From Phoronis australis (Eukaryota > Animalia > Phoronida), in the NCBI GenBank assembly GCA_002633005.1, contig NMRA01000051.1, positions 747,273 through 811,272 of the forward strand: a DNA stretch of 64,000 nt, given 5' to 3'. The translations under genes were made by a program, and so were the position numbers. The notes beneath the pieces were generated by a model. It was given only the letters and a program-made list of their open reading frames with translations, ran no database searches and was not told the origin of the DNA. Of this stretch, positions 24,581 to 37,200 are shown one piece after another (position 1 is the first letter of the stretch; each line of letters opens with the position of its first letter).

Positions 24581-27500
24581 TCAGCACAAATCTAGGGCAG
24601 AGGTAGTCAGTTTCAGGTCTGTGTCGGCTTGTGTTTCACTGTTGTCATATGCAGCCGTGCCAAGTAATCGTGCCAGCTGAGATCGAGAGAAACCCCAGCC
24701 TTCCTTCAGATAGGGAATAAAGGAACCAACACTGCAAGAGACAAAAATGTTAAAGTTATGCACACAAAAAGGAAAATAATTTAGCTCTTGTAACTATGGG
24801 TTGGAGAGATGGCAATTTCGCCTGTTTGCAAAGTACATCAGTCTCTTGGTCATCTACTCCAGTATTGTTATTTGGAAGATTGACAGCCATTCTGGGTGGT
24901 TGAGAGAGTGTACTAAACAAACGTAGTAAATTGACAGCACAGGCATGTCTTTAGCCTTAGAGCATGGCAAACGCAGTGATTCTCATACACTCTAGATGTC
25001 AACAAGAATCACCGTACCGAACAAAGCAGTACAGTGGAAAACAATCAATGCATAAAATATATACCATACCTGTTGTGTAGGCCACATTTAATGGAGAAGG
25101 CTTTTAACAGAGATGCAACTTTAATGATGAGCAAAACCTTAGTTAACTGCCGTGTCCTATAATTGAAAGCGAATACAAAGGCTTACAAACACCTGTGTTG
25201 ATAGAGCACTTTACATAAAGAAATACAATGTGGTGCGACTAACAAAAATGCAAATTCTATTCACAGATGCTTTGATTTGTTGTATCTTCTTTAGATACCA
25301 TCAGTTCCACGAGCCTTTGAGAGCCTTACATTTTGGACCGATTTGAGGTACCAACTGACGAACACTCCATTCTACACTGCAAAATATTCAATATGTTCCG
25401 GTATTTAATCACTTTGACCGTTACAGCTCCCAAAAAAGGATTGGCCACTTTGTCCAGAAAGCTATTTTCACTGAAAAACCTAAAGACTCCGAAAATTATA
25501 ATATGTTATGAATAATCATACTACTGCTGCTACTGCTGCTGCTGCTACCAAAATGATATTTTTATAAAATATTCTTAACTGGAAATGTTTATTGAATTTT
25601 GAAAGGAATTTGTCAATTCACACATCAATGCTGTTAAGCAAACAAAAATGACTGCTAAAAATTTAAAATATTTGACATAAAACTTTTTAATACTACATTT
25701 TCAGTCGTGAAATTAATCAGCATGACAGTTCAGTGCTCAGTAGTTTTTATCCAAACCCACCATTTTCTCAGTTTGTGATTTGGTATCACAGTAAGCACCA
25801 TCTGTAGGGGATAGTCGACCAGTATTCCATTGCACAGATAGATGGCAGTAGCAATCAGGCCAGCATCAACCACGAAGTCATGGCGAATTCGCTGACGTAA
25901 AAGACTCTGGTAAAAGAAGAGAGAATTGAAAATCTATGAGATGCAGAAAATACACTGTTTAAAATTGTAAAAACATGTCCGAAATCCAGTTGAGGTGCAG
26001 CAATGCGCATCAAATGAGGTACCCCATTTCCAGAGGATTAACTTTTGATTCTTGTCACTAAATCATCTAAAAATGTTTCCTTCTTAGGCAAGGCCAAGGA
26101 ACCACAGTTGCTTCTCATCTGCGGTTCTTTTAAAAAAATGTGGTGGTCAGTATTATTTTAGTTTCGCACTTTTTCCAAAAAACACCCAAGTCGAGCAATT
26201 TTGTTTGTTAACTCAAAAGCCATTTTTAAACGAATTTCAGTGTTGCAGCCTCACAATTTCGAGCACGTGTAATGCATCATTTACATAGTTACAAGTATTA
26301 CTTATGCTTCATTGAATGAGTTCAGCCAATGGCGTTTAAAACTTGCGTGCTGTTGTGTGGCTTTTCAAAAAAAACTTTGCTAGCATTGATGTTGGTGGGG
26401 GGATTTGTTTCTTTAATATGTAAGCGCCGCTTTCAAAATGAGTCAGGTACACACCATGATCAACATACTAAATATTTTTGGCCATAAATGCATTTTTGAC
26501 ATGGGAATAATATTATAATAAATAATTCTGTTTAAACAATATTATTTTTGTTTTCACCTCAACCATTTTCTGCTGCTTCACCAGAATGCTGTTTTGCTGT
26601 TCCAATGCCTCCCTGTTCTCTCTCACGCTAGTGTTGAGCAGATCCTGCTGACTGCGAAGTGACCGGTCCAGTCGAGAGCATGTGTCCTGAGTACACTGGA
26701 CGTCCACCTCTAACGCGGTGACTGACGAGTTCAGTGAACCTGCAAGGGCGGCCATGATTATGGGAAATGCACACTTGGAAGATGGTTGGCACAAAATATT
26801 GGGAGCCGTAGAAAATCGGTTTGACAGTGAACACTCTTGGCAGTAAAAATGGTTGAAGACACAGTCGTAATGTTTGTTTACTAGACAAGTGTACGGTTAC
26901 ATTATGTGAGGTAGAGCTTGTGTACACGTAGCACAGGGCAACATAAAGGATCAACACCAACGTGCATGAGCATATTCACGAAATAATATTTTCTTACCTA
27001 TAGTACTCGCTTGTTCTAATATCTTGTGGTTCATTCGAGACAGTTGTTTTTGGCCTGATGCTACAGCTTTCTGCAAGAAAACAAAGTAAATTGATTTATA
27101 ACAGTTTGAACTAGCCAAGGTCTATTAAAGAAAATTTCATAAGAAGTAAATTGTGACATGCAAAAGAAAAATGTACGAGATACATAACATCCATGTTAGG
27201 CCAAAAAGCATAGTTCGTTCTGCTTAGTGGTTGTTTTGAAAACTAATGCAGTGGAGTGATATTTTTTAAACAAATCTACCGAGACAAACAAAAGTTGGGA
27301 GTTACTCAAATCAAACCATTTTTAAACCAATTTCAGTGCTGGAGCTACATGATTGCTAGTGCTCATGCACTATAGCCAGTGGGTTGAAGGCACACCTTCT
27401 AACCCGAACCAGTGCTTTTTAGGCTTTACTACAAACGTTTCAACAATCACATGGGTCTCCATTGCAAGCACAACATTCAAATAGAACAAAATAGAACTAA

Positions 27501-30500
27501 CAAAAATGGATCAACCAACATTTATTTAATTCTAGCATCGGTTCTCAAAAAATCAAGCATAAGGAAGTCATAAACAATCAAAACTGGTGTAAAGGGCAAT
27601 TCATAAATTATGTATCAATTATGTACAAGCCATAGACTGGTAGTACATTACAATTTCGAAAGAGCACTCATTAGTTTGGCATATAAATATATTAAATATT
27701 ATACTTTGTAAACATTTTTCCGTTCTTACCTCAATGTGTTTGTGCTTCATGTAGTTAGCGACATTTGCCATGTAGTTCAATTTCGACAACTGGGCATTTG
27801 CCTGAAAAATGAAGAACAAATTAAACACTCGCGTTAGTTAATATCAAGTAAATCAAGTTAAGTTAGTTTAGTCGCAATGGTTGCACCACACACCCAATGA
27901 CTATATACATACCCTGTTGATGGCATCTTGCCTCTCAAAAGCCTCAGACACACTTTGAAGTAACAGACCATTTTCCAGAGGTGGCTCCTGTCCTTGAAGC
28001 CAGAGTTTGACAGCTCCTGCAACACATGTACAAACACTATCACACAACTCCAATGAATCGATCTAGAGGTTAAAGTGGATAAAACGTCCTTTCTACCTAA
28101 AACAAAACTTTTGATTTGGGACATTTGCCCTTAAAAATCTGGTCTTAGCTTTTTTTTCAAACAAGAGATTCCTGGGTTTGGAAACTTTGTGAAGAATAGA
28201 CAGTTAGTCATTGGTTGATATCAGGCTTGATAAGTTGGTTAGTCACGGCGGGTCACTGTATAAGACAAGTGTGGTCTCAAGCACTATAGAACCATCAGTT
28301 TTTCCCTAGATCAAAAAACCAACTTATTTGAGTGAGGAGCAATTTGGCCCCAATTTTATAGTGGCAAGTGGATTAAATGAAAAACTTCTTTCCTTGGCAG
28401 CCCAAAAAAGGTTTATACCATTTTAACGCAAAGGTACACGGCTGCTGGTGAGGTAGAATGATTGACCCCTTGTGAAAGAGACAAATTATTTCACAAGACA
28501 AAGCATCCCAAAACTGGATATATAGCATTTTCAATGTCATCTCAGAATTCATTAGTTTCGTCAATATCAAAACATTATTAAAATAGAATCACTTAGTTTA
28601 AAGTAAATTACAGCAATAAAATTTTTATAATGATTCTTTTAGATTCACACTCACCTTTGCTTTCTTTGGTATCACCAACCAGCGCCTGGACCTTTGATGT
28701 AAGTGACCTCCCACTCTCAATGAGAGATGTGAAGTGACCAGGGACAAGAGACCTTGGCAAGACACTCCACGACGATCTCAGGCTGGAAGATGACCTTGCT
28801 GTTGGCATAAATTAAATGGAATTAGAAACTTAAGACAGAGAATGTAGTTACTATTTATAAGTAGATGGATCCCATTCCAATGTTGGGTTTTATGAAATCT
28901 ACCAAAAAGAAAACATCAAAATGAAAAAGTTTTTTGTACTTGACAGCAGGGTTATCAAAATGTCACCATATAACTGATGTCTAGCAGCAGAGACTTGGGT
29001 TAATTGTAATTGATAATAATTTAGTAAAACAAAAACACCCTATCCCTTATCCAAAGAAAGGGCAGTCCTAACCATAAGATTAAGCTCAAACCTCGACCCA
29101 TTCAAATATTTTTGACAGGAAGTATGAAAATTAGGGACCTATTTAGAGTGAGCTTGCGTGAAAAACATCACCTTTTTGGATTTTTGTCCAAGAAGCACAG
29201 AATAATATTTATTCATATTCTTAAAACTGTCGCTTTTGTAGGTAGCTTCAAATCCGAAAAGGTACCCTTTTGGAATTCACCAAGTGAAAAACGTATGAAT
29301 CCATCTCAGTAACATGCTCCAATGTAGTGGTTACGTTTTTTCGTCATTTAACATAATTAAGCTAAGGATGATGTTGATATTGACTTNTAATCCAAAGAAA
29401 GGGCAGTCCTAACCATAAGATTAAGCCCAAACCTCGACCCATTCAAATATTTTTGACAGGAAGTATGAAAATTAGGGACCTATTTAGAGTGAGCTTGCGT
29501 GAAAAACATCACCTTTTTGGATTTTTGTCCAAGAAGCACAGAATAATATTTATTCATATTCTTAAAACTGTCGCTTTTGTAGGTAGCTTCAAATCCGAAA
29601 AGGTACCCTTTTGGAATTCACCAAGTGAAAAACGTATGAATCCATCTCAGTAACATGCTCCAATGTAGTGGTTACGTTTTTTCGTCATTTAACATAATTA
29701 AGCTAAGGATGATGTTGATATTGACTTCATGGTGCTTATCACCTCAGACACAGTTTGCATTCAAGTTACATGAAAAAAGTGCAACAGTAATGCATGTAAA
29801 TAACAATAGAAACGGTAATAGTCGAATATATGGGCCTCTGATTTGAGAACAAGTGACTCCCACTGAATAAATAATGACCGTTATTGAGTGGTATTAACTG
29901 TTTCTCAAATCAGTTTTAAATCAGGGAACATACAACTATTACCCAGAAACCTATTTTCTTAACATCATATGGTCAAAATTTTGTCAGTGAGTGTGGAATC
30001 ATAGGTACAGGGTACTATGATGGAAAGCCAGTCAACTTGAAGTAGATAGTTCAGAGAGTCAATGATCCGAAAGGCCAATAGTCCTAGTAAAAATGGAGAC
30101 TCGATCGTCTACTTCGAATATCGACTCTGCTAGTTGTTGCAGGTCACACCACAGGCACTTAATCAGCCGCTCGTATGACACTAAAAGAAACAGTGAAAAT
30201 AGTGCACATAACGGCGATGAGCTAGGCATTTACATCGCCCTGTAAAGGCTGTAATGCCGCAGGCTTATAAAGGTGAGAGTACACCCCCATAAAAACTCAT
30301 GTGGTTATCGCGTGCGATCAAAAAAAAGTGAAGTTGTAATTCTTCACCAAAGTCATGTCAATTCTCATATAGACATGCTTCAGCAAATTTATGCATAGAA
30401 TCAAAAAGGATCGCTGATGAAAGTAATAAGAGCTTTTTTATGTGATAATTTTAAGTGTAAAATGTATTTCTGACAAGGTGAAAATCTCTTATTCGGTGAG

Positions 30501-30964
30501 CGGATTTAATCTACCACCCATTTAAAATACACAAGATGAAATTAGTACAGAAAGTGATGACTGATGGGTAGTATTGTAGCCTTTAGACTGCAAGCCGAGA
30601 GGCTACCTGAAGGTCCTGAAGCCTATACCGATGATGTGCCTGTGCAATCTGTGGTTAGACATTGTTGATGAGTAAGAAAACGCTTATTTAAGTCGATGTG
30701 GGTAGTAACAAAGGGACAGTAGAATGGAGCCAGTAATCGACAATTCCACATTAAAGAGCTAAATTAAGAACCTAAAAGTACACAACATGAGCTATGAACA
30801 AAACTACAGATGAAACAATTATCGAAAAAAGACATAGGCCTAGCCTAGGCTTATGTCTGTTCACACTGTGTGTCAAGACAGTAAGTTCAGCTGAAGTTTA
30901 CATCACCTGGAAGTAGTTGGAAGTCTTCACTACCAAAAACAGAACCCCCGTCAGCTTCAAACAT
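24581..30964 (-). CDS. Uncharacterised coiled-coil protein with two C-terminal hydrophobic helices (338 aa, 9 exons)
   Basis: Exons 30964-30907, 28798-28655, 28016-27913, 27801-27730, 27070-26998, 26739-26558, 25906-25761, 25156-25070 and 24731-24581. All are GT-AG and phase-compatible, giving a 1017-nt open frame: MFEADGGSVFGSEDFQLLPARSSSSLRSSW...EQQNSILVKQQKMVESLLRQRIRHDFVVDAGLIATAIYLCNGILVDYPLQMVL...VLLIIKVASLLKAFSIKCGLHNSVGSFIPYL...ALDLC*. The first exon is the least certain. Confidence 0.82.
26085..26486. mobile_element. Dispersed repeat / old MITE (GGCCAA-type ends)
   Basis: Alignable with 27197-27365 (CCATTTTTAAAC.AATTTCAGTG.TG.AGC); a similar start occurs at 54932; 3' end TTTTTGGCC. 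Confidence 0.45.
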
Positions 30965-31257
30965 TGCAGCGGTTGAGCATAATTTCAGGGCATTTTTGAG
31001 TTTGAAACAGCATCAACTTTTTGTTGTCTCGATGCGTTGACTTCAGAAGTTGTCAACAGATGTCAATGTCTGCCGTGTAAACAAAGTTTTTGAAGACAGT
31101 TTTAAATTATGAGTAAATTGGTGCTGTTTTTAAAATATTTACGTCTAAATAACTATATCAGAATGTTTTTTTTTGTCAATAATTTAATAGCCAAGAAAAA
31201 GTTTTGTTGTATAAGAACAACAAAACGACTTCAGCGACATCTAAGATTGACCTAATT
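30965..31257. promoter_or_regulatory. Candidate bidirectional promoter (uncharacterised gene / PLPBP)
   Basis: Divergent start codons are separated by only 293 bp. Confidence 0.65.
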
Positions 31258-34200
31258 ATGAAACGAGCCATGGCCATGGGGGACTCCGATATTGCAAAAG
31301 CTCTCAAAATTGTACTTGAAAAAATCAGTGTAGCTGCTGCGAACAGACTTTGCGTGAGTGATTTTATAAAAATAATGTACATGTAAGGTCTATTAATTGA
31401 ATTTTATTTGGATTTATCCTGCTAGGTAACTGAATGGAGTCCGAGTCAAAACTACGGGAAAAGTGACAAACACTGAAACAGTGCCCATGACTGAGCACTA
31501 GTCGGATAAAGTGGTCCAACTTTAAACCATCATAACTTCTTTAATTTTTAACCGCCCAGTGGACCTTACGTTCTCTATGTCCATTTAAAGCATGAGGTCG
31601 TCTCTGGATAAAAATTGTCCTCCTGACCATAAGTGTTCTGTGACGCGAACCACATCTTATGGTGGCCATACGGGAAAAATTAAACGCTCACAACACGCTT
31701 TCTAAGACATTTAACGCGCGTGGTTCTATTTGACAAAACTGTCTCCTGCCCTCCCCAAGCCTTTAAAATGTCGTGGTCATACAGACAAAACTGTCCGCTC
31801 TCTAAGTTGAAAGCGCATGCTCAAGTGGATGAAAATTGCGCGTTCGACCATACACGTTCTGTGGTTCAAACTAAATTGGTTAAATTGGTTAGTGCCTAGT
31901 GGTCATAATAGACGACATTCACCNCCCCCCCCCTACCATCACCACGCTCTCTCAGACATTTAAAGTCCATGGTCATGAGGACAAAAATTATATGCCTGGA
32001 TCATGTATATGCTCTAAAGTATCTTGTGTGTATAATTTGCTTCACAGGAACTGCAACACTTTTACCCCCGCCTGGTGGCGGTGAGTAAGACTAAGCCGGC
32101 CAACCTCGTGAGAGAGGCTTATAGCTGTGGGCAGCAACACTTTGGGGAGAACTATGTAAGTTGTGTTGCTATGTCAACAAATGTGGTGTTCTTTCATATG
32201 TTGAATGCATTGTTGAAAAATCCAATACAGTGGGTTGAACCCGGTATCTCCTGTGTGTGACCCTGGTGTCCAAACCACTGGGCAAACAAACAATTTCCTA
32301 TTGGCATCTAATCTTTATTCGACGATGTGTCACACTCGGAACTAGAAATCTCAACAGTACTAATATACTAAGTCTACTAGCATTCACATGCCATTCATAA
32401 AACTACCTGTGTACTGAACTGTGTGCAATAAATGCCTGTGCAAGTACAAGGAAATGATTACAGACACATGGGCCCACAACGCCAATATGCTTTTACTTAA
32501 ATATCAATACCATGTGTACAACAAATCGCGTGTCTGGTTATCCTGGACTGTGCACAGTGTGAAGTTAGAGCGCATGATCAATTGACATGCGTGTGCTGGT
32601 TCACTAGTATAAAGTTGGTGGAGTGAATTACTGAGACATTGAAACTGGGACGTTCTAACTGTGTGAACGTTGTATCTAATGTTCATTGAAAATGAAGTGC
32701 ATAGAGGATGTTGAGCATGGAAAAAATGGGCTTGTGGACATTATGAGTGTGCAAGAGGTATGAAGACAACCTATTTTGTATATTACATGATTTGACTGCT
32801 GTGTTCTGTCACATTTGATTTTATTTACTTGTTTCTCTATTTAAGTTCATTGATTAAAGTTATTTTTCATCCTACATTCACATTATACTCAAATTATGTC
32901 TGTGGCATGCTTTCACTGTTCAAATTTTAATTGAAGTCTTGACAGACACTTCAATATTGACTGCAGATAAAAAGTACCATTTCTGTCCTAACGTTATTGG
33001 GGACAAGTATCGTGAATTTCTTTTTAATTGTTTTATGTGCACTGAACTAAGAGAGGGGTAATTGACAACAGTGTCCCAAGTATTCCCCTCAGATTCAAAT
33101 TCATTAAGCTGGTGTCAACAAATGATAAATACAGTACAAGCCATAAGTATTCAGACCAAATGACCTAGACTTCCCCGTCATGGCGGCTGGGTGGAAACCA
33201 AATTCATCGTCAGTGTGGTCTTCTGTCTTGACTGAGAATGAAAGAAAATTTTTAAAAAATTTGTTAAGGTGACTAAGCCATTCTGTATAAATTAGAATTT
33301 TGCTCCCGTAATAGATATACGGTAAGCAGCCATTTTTGGTGTTAGAGGATTAGGGGAAGCTATTTGTTGTCCAATCACTTTTGTCTTGTACTGTAAATGT
33401 ACACCTTGTTAGCCTTATTGCCTTTAGACTTGTTGGGAACGTGTTACATATCACTTAAAAAGTTGAATATTTAAAGTGTTGTTTTTTATACGACAGGTCT
33501 TAACAGAAATAAAATAAAATTCACTCGTTGACATTGATTAATTCATTTTCTTCTTTTCCAGGTTCAGGAGCTGGCTGAAAAGGCTCGTAATCCTGAGGTA
33601 AGTATACACATTGCTATTGCTAAGGCCAACATAAAAATTCACGTAATAATATTTAAGATACGATTTGATGTCCTGGAGAAATTTAACGTTGTCATCTCTT
33701 CGAAGAAAATATGTAGCGCCAATTTAATTTTACCACGTTCAAGACTTGCACCAAAACCATCGTCAGACAATACTCTTCAAAAAAACTATACAGGGCTCAA
33801 CATTAACTTTTTAGGCCACTTGCCCGAAGTAGTTGAAATTTTTACTTGCCCGAACAACAAATTCACTTGCCCCAAGTACATTCCCAAATAGCACCGTGCA
33901 TGTGCACACCTAGGTAATGTGTTACCGTAGGGCTGCCTGTGCTGAGCCTCCTCTTGTGTCGTGCATGCTGAATACATGAGTTGCCAGCGGCGGATTTAGG
34001 GGGGCCATGGCTCCCCCTAAAATTCTACCAGATACCATTTGGGAGTTCTGGTGTGTGCAAGCAGGGGCTCATTGGGAATGATATACAACGCATAGGCCCT
34101 TAACAAACCCCGTTTACCTTTTTTGTTAGTCAACAGGTCCTCATTCGAGGCCTCTGCGTCCCCACAATTTACCCTGGGCGCGCGTATCTGCCGAAATTCT

Positions 34201-37200
34201 GGTTATTCCGTGCCCTGCCCCCCCTAGCTAAAAATCCTGGATCCGCCCCTGGTTGCTATTTTTCCAACGATTCTTCTTATAGAACATTTATTTATAAGGT
34301 GTGTCAAAACACTAGAGAGACAAATTAGAAGAGTAACTATAGTATCTGAACCATTGTCTCACGTTCACAGGCACCGAAATGAGCTAGGGCATGAACTCTA
34401 GACACTTCTGTGTATTCATTAGTTTATAGGCCTACGCCCTCCTGCATTAAACTTGAGTTGTTGCTAAACCTGAATTTGAATTTTTGCTATCCGTAAAAAT
34501 CTTAGTTTTTGTCATCGGTACCTTGTATTAAATTTAAATCAAATTTTAACATATAATAATGCCACATATAATTTTATTTTCAATAAATCATTACATTTTT
34601 GAAAAATAGATAGACTGCGAAAAAGTCACCCTTCAGAGCGACAATCCTGAAGACCGTATTCCTCTTCTTTCGGGAGTCGCCACCGGGAGCCGGGAATTCA
34701 TAAGAATTTCCTTTGGAATTCCCCCTGAATAAATACCAGGCCTTTAAAACTGCGGTGTAGTGTAGAAAATATGTGGCCAATCATTCACTTTTTAGCTTTT
34801 ACGCTTATCTGTATGACTTACATCCGCCGACGAACGCGGTGCTTCCAGCTGTACATGGGTAAACGCCGGCAAAAATCACACGTCATCCCTTGTTCACTGT
34901 CTCGCAGGCCAAGAAACCTAATTTCCCATGACGGAGCCCATCCCCGCACTCTTTTCGTTTCATATTGTTGCTTTGATTCGTCCTGAACTCGTTTTTTAGC
35001 AACTAAACCAATGCCGTCCAGGCGTGGACGGCTTATTTGTTTGGACGTTTTGCCAGAGTGCAGACGTTCTGTAGTATCACGTGACAACTTATTCAGAAAC
35101 TGCAGGGCACGTTCAGAGAATTGAAAGGATTTTACCGCGGGCGTCATCTGTGCATGCTGCATCACACTCGTTCTATTTTCCTTTCGGTGCTCATTCGAAG
35201 ACGGGAGTTTCTTTTATGGCCACAGGGGCTTTTTCGACGGTTTTTAGGCTTGTGTCGGGATTCGTTACTTTGGAGCAGATGTCGAGCAGACAATCTTAGG
35301 ATCTACTTGCCTATGCGGCCAACTTTTTAACTTGCCCATCGGGCAAGTACTTTTCAAATTCCACTTGCCCGACGCAAAATCTACATGTACACGGGCAATC
35401 GGGCAATCGGGCAACCGTTAGTGTTGAGCCCTGCATGGGTGTGTAAAATGATGTTAGAATACCATGGAAATGAAAAAGTGAAGTTTTGGCTATTATTTTT
35501 GTTAAAATTAGTGAGAATTTACTGTAGGTACACAGTATTGTGTTATTGGTTAATATCCTCAGATTTTGTTCTTCCATGTTGTTCTAAACTCTAAAATTTT
35601 TAACAGAATCTACAGCCCGTTGGCTCAAAATCTTGTTGTGTTTTATTTTCTTAACATACAAATTCTTTAAGGCAATAAAAGTAATTCTGGTCAGTGTGCA
35701 TTATATTTCAATGCTAGGTTTAAAACCTGGTGTTATGTTTCTTATTAATATGTTTTATTGCTTAATTGTTTTCATGGCTATCGTTATTTTCGCAGATCTT
35801 GGAAAATTGTAAAGATATCAAATGGCATTTTATCGGCCACTTACAAAGAAAGAACGTATCCAAGCTCCTAGGTAAGTATCTGTCTGGGTCTTAGTCAGTA
35901 TTCTGTTTCATGAAAAGTGACTGAAGACTTATTACGAAAATTGGGTCTTACGGTCCCACATCTCAATTGCTGAATAAAGGTTTAGCCAAGTAATTATGAG
36001 TGCATCACAGTTTAGAAATGATTCTTAGAAATTATCTCTGTAACTTGCAGTCACGTGTATATTCTCAGAGGCTTTACAGTTTTGGTCAAGTTCAGAGTAA
36101 TTATTTTTCAGAAATGGTCAACTCGTGTGCCGGAGCGTATGACCAAATTTCTGACTTAAGTCACTTTTCATGAAACTGGCCCCAGGTATAGGGTAGAGAA
36201 ACTGGTCCCAGATATAGGGTAGAGAAGTAATGGTATGGCCAACTATTTGAATTCAGTGACTGGTCTTGTTAACTCAATGCTCAGGGATCAAATCCTTTGA
36301 CCAGATTGAAGAACCATTTGAGCAGTTATCAGTATCCAAAAGTCAAACATTCTGGCAGAGATTACTGTACTTATCACCTGAAGACTTAGTGTGGTACTTA
36401 GGAGTCGTGTTGCAAGTCTTAATACAATTACCCATCCTGCCATTGTTTTTATTATCCCTCTGTCATTTTGAATATAATTCACTTTTCAGAAAAGAGTAGG
36501 GCCATTAAATTAAGAGTCTAGGTTTTCCGTTGTGGCAGCAAAATTTGAGTGCGTTTTGCATCATTTCTCCCTTTTTGAACAAACAATTAAAAGTCACAGT
36601 TAGTTTTTAAAAAACTAAGAATAATAATGAACTTTAGCAGGAAATTCAGTGATATTTCATAGCAAAAAAATCGCCTCATTCTTCAATGATTTGCAATTAA
36701 AATTTAAAGTACTTTAAACGAGTTTTGTTTCTTTTCGTACAATGAATTTTCTGTTGAAGAACGTACTACGAAAATATTTTTAGTAATCATGACTCATTTC
36801 ATTTCTCTTTTCAAACCATTTTTTTCTATGTTAAGGATCTATTAACAAATAGCATGTGTCCATGTATATTCGATTTCAAGAATTATAATATTATCTTTAT
36901 TGAAATATATACATATTGCCATAGGCCCAAAGTATAACATATATACAAGACAATACATTGTTAGGTGCGTTACAGACTGGATAGTAAATTGTGCCGCTTG
37001 AGAGCATGATGGACGAATTTTAAAAGCAGGGTGTCCGGAGTTCTCATGAGAGATTCAAATTTAGATGTTGTGGAAGAATGACAAAAACGATCGCTTAAGT
37101 ACTTAACTTGAAGGTCTTGTATAGCTTGGAACTAACAACAGTATTCAACTCTGGTGTTGAGGCTGCAGTGTATTAGAATGAGAATAGACTATGAAGTTGG

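Noticed and set aside
29049-29727. 338-bp tandem duplication (29049-29386 / 29390-29727) giving two identical 66-aa ORFs
   Set aside because: The copies abut a single N and differ by one base, which is typical of an unmerged contig or haplotype overlap. The ORFs are intronic and featureless.
30060-30180. Minus-strand acceptor plus short frame SYERLIKCLWCDLQ... in intron 1 of the uncharacterised gene
   Set aside because: It hits a stop with no convincing donor, and the gene reads through without it.
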